Of a DNA stretch of 44,705 bases, positions 37,050 to 44,705 are shown piece by piece (the first letter of the stretch is position 1; every line of letters begins with the position of its first letter). The notes beneath the pieces were generated by a model. The model was not told where the DNA came from, did no database searches, and saw only the letters and a program-made list of their open reading frames with translations. Made by a program: the position numbers and the translations under genes. This DNA is from Gemmatimonadales bacterium (GTDB taxonomy: Bacteria > Gemmatimonadota > Gemmatimonadetes > Gemmatimonadales > GWC2-71-9), in NCBI GenBank assembly GCA_039794085.1, contig JBDIWC010000034.1:1-44705 (forward strand), read 5' to 3'.

Positions 37050-37361
37050 ATGATTTCCCGCGTCTGGCATGGCTGGACCACACCCGAGAACGCGGACGCC
37101 TACGAGGCCTTGCTCCGGGAGGAGATCCTGGGGGGGATCACGGCCCGCAACATCCCCGGGTTCCGGTCAATTCAGGTGCTGCGCCGCAACCTCGACGCCG
37201 AGGTCGAGTTCGTCACCATCATGGAATTCGAGTCGATCGAGGCGGTGCGCGCGTTCGCCGGCGACGATCATGAGGCGTCCGTGGTCCCGCCCGCAGCCCG
37301 GGCTCTCCTGTCCCGGTTCGACACCCGGTCGCAGCACTACGACATCCGGGCGGTGCGGTAG
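37050..37361 (+). CDS. Antibiotic biosynthesis monooxygenase (ABM)-like protein
   Basis: MISRVWHGWT, EFVTIMEF, AVRAFAG; AGGAG SD. Confidence 0.8.
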   Translation: MISRVWHGWTTPENADAYEALLREEILGGITARNIPGFRSIQVLRRNLDAEVEFVTIMEFESIEAVRAFAGDDHEASVVPPAARALLSRFDTRSQHYDIRAVR

Positions 37362-37504
37362 ACTGTTGTCACCGTTCAGAACACACCACCTCGTGTACCT
37401 CGGTTACCCCCCGAGGGCGATATGTGAAGGGTTCACACGAAGGCACGAAGACACGAAGACAGCAGGGGCATGAAGAGACTCCGTGATCACCGGCGCGTCC
37501 GGCG

Positions 37505-37891
37505 ATGACATGGCTCCCGCTCCTCGGCGTGGCCACCGTCGGCGTGTATCTTCTCGCGCTGGGCCTGGCGTCACTCCTCCAACCGGATCGAACGCGCCGT
37601 TTCTTGCGAGGTTTCGCCCGTTCGACTCGGGCCCACTTCACCGAACTGTTCCTCCGGCTCGTGCTCGGTGTTTCCCTCATTGTGCGTGCGCCCGCGATGA
37701 CATACTCCACCGCGTTCGAGGGGCTCGGCTGGGTGCTGGTCGCAACGACTTTGGTTCTCCTCGCGCTTCCCTGGCAGTGGCATCATCGCTTTGCATCCTG
37801 GTCGGTTCCCCTCGCCACCAGGAACATGACCCTGTTTGCGGTCGGCCCCCTGCTGGGCGCCATCGCGGTTCTCTGGTCGCTGCGTGGATAG
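37505..37891 (+). CDS. Hypothetical membrane protein (about 4 TM)
   Basis: Hydrophobic segments throughout a 128-aa ORF. Confidence 0.65.
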   Translation: MTWLPLLGVATVGVYLLALGLASLLQPDRTRRFLRGFARSTRAHFTELFLRLVLGVSLIVRAPAMTYSTAFEGLGWVLVATTLVLLALPWQWHHRFASWSVPLATRNMTLFAVGPLLGAIAVLWSLRG

Positions 37892-38027
37892 GCCTGCTCC
37901 GGGGGTGTGGAGACACGGGCCTCCCGGGGTGCAGCCGACCACGGCGAGGGCGCGGGCGCTGGTGCGCGCGGGTGCCGCACTCGTTCTCAATCCTGTCGCA
38001 TCCCTCTTGACCGCTCCATAGGGTGGT

Positions 38028-38048
38028 GGTTATTACATTGTAGCTACC
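38028..38048. promoter_or_regulatory. Putative TA autoregulatory operator
   Basis: AT-rich imperfect palindrome with TACA-T-TGTA core just upstream of the antitoxin. Confidence 0.45.
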
Positions 38049-38063
38049 TAATGGAGTGTTCCC

Positions 38064-38315
38064 ATGAAGACTCGGCTCGTTCGCATTGGCAATTCCCGCG
38101 GCGTTCGCCTCCCCAAGCCGCTCATCATCGAGGCTGGGCTGACGGAAGAGGTCGAGCTCCAAGTCCGCGAAGGCGGCATCATGATCGCTTCCGCGGCACG
38201 TCCCCGCGGGGACTGGGCCGAAGCGGCCCGATTAGGGCACGAGCGCGGTGATGACCGACCCTTGATCGGCGGATCGTCAACCCAGTTCGATGAGGAGCAA
38301 TGGGAATGGGAGTAG
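38064..38315 (+). CDS. mazE: AbrB/MazE-family antitoxin
   Basis: LVRIGNSRGVRLPK, acidic EWEW tail. Confidence 0.92.
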   Translation: MKTRLVRIGNSRGVRLPKPLIIEAGLTEEVELQVREGGIMIASAARPRGDWAEAARLGHERGDDRPLIGGSSTQFDEEQWEWE

Positions 38316-38641
38316 ACGGCCCAGTTCAGCGTGGCGACGTCTATTTGGTTGAGCTCGAACCCGTGCGGGGCCAGGAGATCCGCAAGACCCGTCCGTGCCT
38401 GGTGGTGTCGCCCGATGAACTCAACACCCACTGGCAAACCCTCATTGTTGCTCCGATGACCACGGGCGGGCACCCCTACCCGTTCCGTGTCGCCTGTCGG
38501 TTGGGCCGGCGCCGCGGTCACGTGGTCCTGGATCAACTCCGAAGTGTGGATCGAGCGCGCTTTCAGCGGCGGCTGGGCCGTCTGCCACCGGCCGTGGTCG
38601 GTCAGGCCCTCGCCGTGCTTCAGGAGATGTTTGCCGTCTGA
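38300..38641 (+). CDS. mazF: PemK/MazF-family toxin
   Basis: RGDVYLVEL, GQEIRKTRPCLVVSP, IVAPMT, DQLRSVD. Confidence 0.94.
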   Translation: MGMGVDGPVQRGDVYLVELEPVRGQEIRKTRPCLVVSPDELNTHWQTLIVAPMTTGGHPYPFRVACRLGRRRGHVVLDQLRSVDRARFQRRLGRLPPAVVGQALAVLQEMFAV

Positions 38642-38679
38642 GGCACGGCCATCGTGCAGCATCAGTCCTCGACTCCACC

Positions 38680-39804
38680 ATGAGATTCACGAAGTTCCCC
38701 TGGGCCTGGCTCATGATCCTCGCCATCGGCTGCGCCGATCGGGCTCCCCGCGACGCCGGCCCCATCGTCAGCGTCGCCGATTCCCTGGTTCTTGCCGAGC
38801 CCGACTCGCTGGAGACCTTTCTCCCCCTCCGCACCCACGCCCTCACTCGCCAGCGTCACCTCTTCCTCGAAACCGGCACCGCGATCCTGCACTTCGATCC
38901 GGCCGGGGCACTCGTTCGCGTCCTCGGCCGTCCGGGTCGCGGCCCCGGCGAGTTCCAGCGGATCTCCTCCCTCGGCCTCCTCCCGGGGGATTCCCTCCTC
39001 GCCGCTGTCGATGCCCGGCGGGCCCGGATCGTCGTGTTCGGAGTGAACAACGGTGCCGTGCGGCGGGAAGTCGTGCTGCGGACTCCGTTCTATCCCACCC
39101 AGCAATGGGTCGCGCGGGGCGATACCCTCATCCTGCCGGGCAAGCTCCGTCGCACTCCGTTCACCACCTGGGTAACCACCACCGACAGCATCGCGCATTG
39201 GGGGACCGCTCCGCCGATCTACGAGCGCTCGCTGAACGCGTACTCCCAGGGGGGTGAACCATCCCTCGCGCCGCACGATGACGGCTGGGTGGCCCTCTTC
39301 CCCGCCGATCCCGCCCTGCGTGTGCTTGACCGGGATGGTGCAACGAAGCAACGGATAGAGCTTCCGGTCCGGAGACGCCTGGGAATCCCGCCCGACATCG
39401 CCGAACAGGTGGCGGCCATCGCGGACACCGACCGCTTCCGTTTCGCGGCCTCCCTGGTGCTGGCCATTCGGCGACTCCGCACCGGCCAGTACCTGGTGAT
39501 CCACCTCGACGCCGACACCGAGGTCACCACCGTGAACAATCCGAGCAGCGGCGGGGCGGGGATCGCGTACCGCCGCATCCGCCACTGGGTCAGTCTGGTC
39601 TCGCCCGATCTCCGCCGGGCGTGCGTCGACGGCCTCGTCCCCCTCGAAGTCGACAACATCCTTTCACCGTTCTTCCGGGACGACGTGCTGCACTTCGTGG
39701 CTCGTCGCCTTGATGACGCCGGAACACTCCGATCGGTGCTCTATTCATTTCGGGTGACGGATGTCGGCTGCGAGTGGATTCCCCTCACAGTCCAGGACCC
39801 CTGA
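38680..39804 (+). CDS. Beta-propeller lipoprotein
   Basis: Lipobox-like AIGC, LGRPGRGPGEF. Confidence 0.75.
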   Translation: MRFTKFPWAWLMILAIGCADRAPRDAGPIVSVADSLVLAEPDSLETFLPLRTHALTRQRHLFLETGTAILHFDPAGALVRVLGRPGRGPGEFQRISSLGLLPGDSLLAAVDARRARIVVFGVNNGAVRREVVLRTPFYPTQQWVARGDTLILPGKLRRTPFTTWVTTTDSIAHWGTAPPIYERSLNAYSQGGEPSLAPHDDGWVALFPADPALRVLDRDGATKQRIELPVRRRLGIPPDIAEQVAAIADTDRFRFAASLVLAIRRLRTGQYLVIHLDADTEVTTVNNPSSGGAGIAYRRIRHWVSLVSPDLRRACVDGLVPLEVDNILSPFFRDDVLHFVARRLDDAGTLRSVLYSFRVTDVGCEWIPLTVQDP

Positions 39805-40179
39805 TCGGCGACCCGCATGTCGCAACCGAGGGCGCTGGCCCGCCAGGTTGGGGACCAGAAGGCCTGGCGGGTTCCATACCACTCGGCGCCCTTGCGCCCT
39901 CGCGTTGAATCCTCTGTTGGTCCTGCCGATGCCACATCGGCTCGGGTACGAGTACGTGGACGGGTGCGGGAAGACCAGGCGTCCTTCAGGACCCGTCGCC
40001 GCAGGCGCCGACCCCGGGTCTGTCCGGGGTCCGCATCAGTGTTGACAACCCCGAACCCGCCCGGTAACGTCCATCACATCCTGTGACGAGATCGTCATCC
40101 CCGCCGACCCTCTCCCGGGCTGTGTCGGATACCTCGACAAACTGCAAGACCTTGCAGCACCTTGGGGACAGGTACTCAC

Positions 40180-40809
40180 GTGACGGACGATGCCGGCCAG
40201 ACGAACGTCACTCGCCTCCTTCGCCAGATCTCGGCGGGGGACCGGGAGGCCTTCAACGCCCTCTACCCCCTGGTCTACGACGAACTGCGGAAGCTGGCCA
40301 GATCCCAGCGCCGACGCCAGGGCGACACCGACACCCTCGACACGACGGCCCTCGTTCACGAGGCCTATCTCAAGCTCGCAGATCAGGAACATCCCCCCCA
40401 GTGGCAGGATCGCGCCCACTTCTCCGCCGTGGCCGCCACGGCGATGCGGCACCTGCGGATCGACTACGCCCGGCGGGCTCATGCGGCACGGCGAGGGGGT
40501 CGGCGGGTCCGGCTCTCCCTGGAACAGTTCGAACACGCTCTCGCCCCGACTCCGGACGGCCCGGCAGCCGAGGATTCCGAGCTCCTGGTGCTCCTCGATG
40601 AGGCGCTCCGGAAGCTGGAACGTGTCAGCGAGCGCCAGGCGCGGATCGTGGAGTGTCGTTTCTTCGCGGAGATGACGGTCCCGGATACCGCCGCCGCGCT
40701 CTCCCTGTCGACCGCCACCGTGAAGCGGGGGTGGTCGATGGCACAGGCCTGGCTCCACCGCGAGATGGAACGCGCGCTGGCCACCGGGACCGCCGAGGGA
40801 ACCGGATGA
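40180..40809 (+). CDS. ECF sigma factor (kinase-associated, ECF43-like)
   Basis: VTRLL, LVYDELRKLA, TLDTTALVHEAYLKL, MRHLRIDYAR, TVKRGWSMAQAWL. Confidence 0.92.
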   Translation: MTDDAGQTNVTRLLRQISAGDREAFNALYPLVYDELRKLARSQRRRQGDTDTLDTTALVHEAYLKLADQEHPPQWQDRAHFSAVAATAMRHLRIDYARRAHAARRGGRRVRLSLEQFEHALAPTPDGPAAEDSELLVLLDEALRKLERVSERQARIVECRFFAEMTVPDTAAALSLSTATVKRGWSMAQAWLHREMERALATGTAEGTG

Positions 40810-43445
40810 CCGCGGGTCAGGACCCCCCGAACGTCGATCGCCTGGAGCTTCTCTTCGAGGCCGCGGTTGCTCTTTCACCCGCGGAACGAAGCGCGTACCT
40901 GGACCGGGAGGAACTCTCCGTGGATCAGCGCGCCGAGCTGGAGGCGCTCCTCGCCCGGGCGGAACCCGCGGGGCGTCTGTTCGATGCGATGGCCGCTTCC
41001 TTCCCGACTGCGGATCTGGAGGACGAGGAGGCTTCCTCTCCTTCCGATCCCCTGCTCGGCCAACGCGTGGGTCGCTACCTGATCACGGAGCGAATCGGCG
41101 GGGGGGGGATGGGGGTGCTCTACCGGGCCCGGGACACCCGTCTGGAGCGCGAGGTGGCGCTCAAATTTCTCCCGCCCCACCTGGGGCTCAACCCGGAGGC
41201 CAAGGAGCGCTTCCTGGTCGAGGCGCGGGCGACCGCGGTGCTCGATCATCCGGAGATCTGCACCGTCCATGAAGTCGGGGAGACGGAGGACGGTCGCCTC
41301 TTCATCGCCATGGCGTATTATGATGGCGAGACGCTCAAGGAACGGATCGCCCGGGGACCGCTCCCGGTGGCCGAGGCCGTGACCCTCGCCGTCCGCATCG
41401 CCCGCGCCCTGGCGGCCGCGCATGGCCGTGGGATCGTCCATCGCGACGTGAAGCCGGCAAATGTCATGCTCACACGGGACGGCGGAGTCAAGCTTCTGGA
41501 CTTCGGACTTGCCAAGGTGGCCGACGTGACGCTCACTCTGCCGGGGTCGACTCCGGGGACGGTCGCGTACATGTCACCCGAACAGGTCCGGGCAGACCCC
41601 ATCGACCGGCGCAGCGACCTCTGGTCGTTGGGCGTGGTCCTGTACGAAATGCTGGCGGGGAAGCGCCCCTTCCGGGGTGGGACCGACTCGGTCATCGTCG
41701 ACGGCGTTCTGCACCAGGACCCGGAGCCGGTGGAGAACCTCCGCCCCGAGACTCCCGCACCGATCGCCCTCGTCGTGGCACGCCTGCTCCAGAAAGATCG
41801 AGAAGCACGTTACGACAGCGCCGAGGAACTGCTGGCCGATGTGACCGGGGAAGCCGTCACCCTGTCCCCGTACGCACTCTCTCCAACACCACCGGTGTCT
41901 CGTGTCCCCCGAGCTCGATGGGTGAGGCGCATCGCCATCGTCGTGGGGGTGGGCGGGCTCGCGGGGGCGGGATTCTTCCTGTCCTCCCGGGGCACCACAC
42001 CGGGGGATTCGGAAGCGGCCATCGTCGCAACTGCTCCGCGGACTATCGCCGTGCTCCCCTTCGCCAACGTGGGTGGGGATCCGGAGAACGAATATCTCAG
42101 CGACGGCTTGAGCGAGGAATTGATTTCGGCTCTCTCCCGGCTCCGCGCGATCCGGGTGGCGTCGCGCACCTCCGCCTTCGCCCTCAAGGGAGACCAGCGG
42201 GACATCCGGGACCTCGGCCGGGCGCTGAACGTGGACGCTGTCCTGGAAGGGAGCGTGCGGCACCAGGGGGATCGCATCCGGGTCGTGGCCCGCCTCGTCG
42301 GCGTGACGGATGGGTTCCAGCTTTGGTCTGGCACCTATGAACGGGAGATGACCGACATCCTGACGATCGAGACCGACCTCGCGCTCCGCATTGCCACCGC
42401 ACTCGAGGCCGAACTGACGCCGGCGGATCGCGCCCGGCTGGCCCGGAAGCCCACCGAGAGCGCCGAGGCACACGCGCTCTACCTCAAGGGACGGTACTTC
42501 TGGCACCGGCGCAGCAAGTCGGGATTCGAGAAGGCGCTCAGCTATTTCCAGCAGGCTCTCGCGGTGGACCCGACATACGCGCTGGCGTATGCCGGCCTGG
42601 CCAGCGCGTACGGCCCCCTCGGCGTCTTCGGGTACATCCCTCCGCACGTGGCCCGGGAGCGGATGCGAGAGGCTGCCTACCGTGCGGTGGAACTGGACGG
42701 AGAATCGGCCGAGACCCATACCGCCCTCGCGGCGTATCTGAACATTCACGAATGGGACCCCGCCGGGGCCGAGAGAGAGTTCTTGCGGGCGATCGAGCTG
42801 GACCCGAATTTTTCCACGGCGCACCACTGGTACGGGTACATGCTCGTGGCGCAGGGTCGCTTCGACGAGACTCTGGCCCAGCAGCGGCTGGCCGTGGCGC
42901 TTGACCCGCTCGCTCCGGTCCACACTGCTTCATTGGGGTTCGCCCTCCTCACCGTCGGGCTGCTGGACAGCGCGGCCGCCCGCTTTCGCGAGGTCCTGGA
43001 TCTCGATCCGGGTTTCTGGCTGGTCCACGAGGAGCTGGGACTCCTTTCCGAGGCACTGGGAGACCAGGCCGAAGCCGTTCGCGCCTTTGAGAATGCCGTG
43101 AACGCGGGACACACCAAACGGGCGAGAGCCGGACTCGCCCGGGTGCTGGCCCTCGCCGACCGCACGGCGGAGGCCCGGCGGATGGTGGACACCCTGGTGG
43201 TCGAGGGAACCCGGGACAGCATCCACACGCCCGAAGTGGCCTCGGCGCTCTACGCCCTGGGCGATACGGCCGCCGCGTTCGACTGGCTGGAGGCGGCGTA
43301 CCGGCAACGCCACCCCGATCTGCCGCACGCCGCCTTGCAGGTCGGTTTTTCGGGCCTTGAGAAGACCGCCCGCTTTGCGGAGCTGATGGAACGGACCGGG
43401 TTTCCGGCGATCGACTGGGCCGCCGCCGCGCGACGCAGCCGATGA
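40806..43445 (+). CDS. Hanks-type Ser/Thr kinase with TM, TolB-N-like and TPR domains
   Basis: GGGGMG, VALK, HRDVKPAN, DFG, YMSPE, IAVLPF, TPR repeats; ATGA overlap with the sigma gene. Confidence 0.95.
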   Translation: MTAGQDPPNVDRLELLFEAAVALSPAERSAYLDREELSVDQRAELEALLARAEPAGRLFDAMAASFPTADLEDEEASSPSDPLLGQRVGRYLITERIGGGGMGVLYRARDTRLEREVALKFLPPHLGLNPEAKERFLVEARATAVLDHPEICTVHEVGETEDGRLFIAMAYYDGETLKERIARGPLPVAEAVTLAVRIARALAAAHGRGIVHRDVKPANVMLTRDGGVKLLDFGLAKVADVTLTLPGSTPGTVAYMSPEQVRADPIDRRSDLWSLGVVLYEMLAGKRPFRGGTDSVIVDGVLHQDPEPVENLRPETPAPIALVVARLLQKDREARYDSAEELLADVTGEAVTLSPYALSPTPPVSRVPRARWVRRIAIVVGVGGLAGAGFFLSSRGTTPGDSEAAIVATAPRTIAVLPFANVGGDPENEYLSDGLSEELISALSRLRAIRVASRTSAFALKGDQRDIRDLGRALNVDAVLEGSVRHQGDRIRVVARLVGVTDGFQLWSGTYEREMTDILTIETDLALRIATALEAELTPADRARLARKPTESAEAHALYLKGRYFWHRRSKSGFEKALSYFQQALAVDPTYALAYAGLASAYGPLGVFGYIPPHVARERMREAAYRAVELDGESAETHTALAAYLNIHEWDPAGAEREFLRAIELDPNFSTAHHWYGYMLVAQGRFDETLAQQRLAVALDPLAPVHTASLGFALLTVGLLDSAAARFREVLDLDPGFWLVHEELGLLSEALGDQAEAVRAFENAVNAGHTKRARAGLARVLALADRTAEARRMVDTLVVEGTRDSIHTPEVASALYALGDTAAAFDWLEAAYRQRHPDLPHAALQVGFSGLEKTARFAELMERTGFPAIDWAAAARRSR

Positions 43446-43516
43446 CCCGAGCCCGGCCTGGCTCCGGCCCCCCGGCGGATTCGCGAGGGACCGATGCCAT
43501 GCTGCGCTGCTAGGCC

Positions 43517-44188
43517 CTACTGGAAGATGGCCACGTACTGGACGCAGTCATTCCCCTGGGGGTCCGGTCCCGGACCGCCATTCACCGTCTTGCACCCTCC
43601 GGCGGGCGTGCTGATCTGGGCGGCCACCTTTCCGGGGATGGGCGCGCCATGGCTCCGGATCACCACGTGGATCTCGTCGGTCTCGGCGTCCACCAGCCCG
43701 GCCGCCGTACCACCGATCTGATTCTTGGTGTCTCCCTCCCGCGCGTTGACCGCGAGGTTGATGGGACCATTCCCGAGGACCCGGCCCCCGACGCGCTGCA
43801 GGGCGGCTCCCGTCAGGGGGTTGCCGAGATCGGTCGGGACGCAGTCATTCGGCACCGCGCATGCCCCCGGGTTGTGGAAGCTGGCCATCCAGATGGTGAT
43901 CGCATCACCCTCGAGCGCAGCCTGGACCGCCGGGTCGGTCACCCGGAGCTTCACCTGGACGCCCTCCGGACCTCGCCGGATGGTGGCGGTACCCCAGGGA
44001 GCGCTCACCACGCCGAGCGTTTCGAAGATGTCCGCCGACTGCTCGGCCACGGAGAAGGACGGCGTCGGGGGAGGGGCGGCGGGGGCAGTGACATCCTGGT
44101 CGGCACACCCGGCCGCCGCCAGGGCAGCCAGGGCGAGGACAGCACAGCGGCCCATCCGCGTGAAGGAACGGGAATCGACTGATTGCAT
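43517..44188 (-). CDS. Hypothetical lipoprotein
   Basis: AGGAGG SD, signal ending AAAGC, paired Cys residues. Confidence 0.72.
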   Translation of the reverse strand: MQSVDSRSFTRMGRCAVLALAALAAAGCADQDVTAPAAPPPTPSFSVAEQSADIFETLGVVSAPWGTATIRRGPEGVQVKLRVTDPAVQAALEGDAITIWMASFHNPGACAVPNDCVPTDLGNPLTGAALQRVGGRVLGNGPINLAVNAREGDTKNQIGGTAAGLVDAETDEIHVVIRSHGAPIPGKVAAQISTPAGGCKTVNGGPGPDPQGNDCVQYVAIFQ

Positions 44189-44440
44189 CAGGAACCTCCT
44201 GCAGAGTGTGATGGTTCGAGGGGCTCGGTATCACCCCTCCGATTCCCTACACGCAGAAGGCATCTCCGGGGGGATCAGTTGTCAGTTTTCCGTGTTCAGG
44301 CTCAGCCCCCCAGCTGGGAACCAGGAGCTTGGCGGGCAAACGACCCCCTGCGTCCTCGCATCTTTGCGTCGAATTGAGTTCTCTTGGTCGGAGAAGGAAC
44401 ATCGGAGTCCGGACGGCGGGAAGTACACCCGCTGCATTCT

Positions 44441-44468
44441 CAGATCCCTCGCTATCGCTCGGGATGAC
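44441..44468 (-). repeat. GTCATCCCGAGCG-ATAG-CGAGGGATC type hairpin repeat
   Basis: cagatccctcgctatcgctcgggatgac. Confidence 0.55.
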
Positions 44469-44564
44469 GACCCGATGGCGAAACGGGGCCCCGATCCTCC
44501 GCGCCTCCGCGTGAGCCCTTCTGCCTCGGTATACCACCCGCGCCTTCGCCCATCCCACTTCCTC

Positions 44565-44590
44565 CTTCAAACTTCGAACTTCAAACTTCG
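44565..44590 (+). repeat. CTTC-type heptamer tract
   Basis: cttcaaacttcgaacttcaaacttcg, near-identical to 25379-25404. Confidence 0.8.
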
Positions 44591-44635
44591 GTTCTTCTCC
44601 AATTCCCGTGCACATGGCATGGCCGAAGCGCGGTA

Positions 44636-44705
44636 GACCTGACCGCCAGGCGACGCCGGATCGGTTCCCCTGCCCAGGGAAGATCATTCTATCAATCCTG
44701 TTCAT
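44636..44705 (+). repeat. Diverged partial copy of the right half of the 36749-36921 element
   Basis: ggatcggttcccctgcc...tcaatcctgttcat aligns with about 36868-36914; cut by the window end. Confidence 0.65.

Noticed and set aside
35325..39804. Integron cassette array (co-oriented short genes plus a TA pair)
   Set aside because: No integrase, and no convincing RYYYAAC...GTTRRRY attC pairs after the genes.
39817..40086. 89-aa ORF upstream of the ECF sigma gene
   Set aside because: Arg-rich, no motif, no SD; not supportable.

Overview
GC-rich bacterial chromosome segment; gene content and order suggest Gemmatimonadota (inference, not tested). About 1.7-32 kb is mostly housekeeping. It contains an amidohydrolase, PBP1A, tyrS, a class V aminotransferase, a peptide ABC permease, a patatin-ferredoxin fusion and LPS-type glycosyltransferases with an MsbA-like exporter. 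These are followed by yebC-ruvCA-(small Zn-ribbon)-ruvB-queA-tgt-yajC-def-fmt-thiE-like-thiSG-rsmB-PASTA protein-rpe-tlpA-tsaD-lgt. About 32-44.7 kb is accessory: a REP-associated tyrosine transposase with its REPs, a Fur-boxed cytochrome c/FTR1 iron permease, two beta-propeller proteins, MazEF, and an ECF sigma factor with a Ser/Thr kinase. The most unusual locus is 9.85-10.9 kb. There a four-helix-bundle (IVS/Avd-like) gene is bracketed by GA-rich heptamer modules and followed by a 4 x 133-bp tandem array. Each array unit carries a stop-interrupted copy of the gene's own conserved core, a palindrome and a CT-rich module complementary to the GA modules. Intergenic spaces hold many small repeat families: heptamer tracts, 9-mer-armed hairpins, GTAG REPs and a TIR-bounded MITE-like element. 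These repeats repeatedly supply stop codons or sit next to apparent leaderless promoters. No rRNA, tRNA or CRISPR array was recognised. All calls come from reading motifs by eye, with no database searches.
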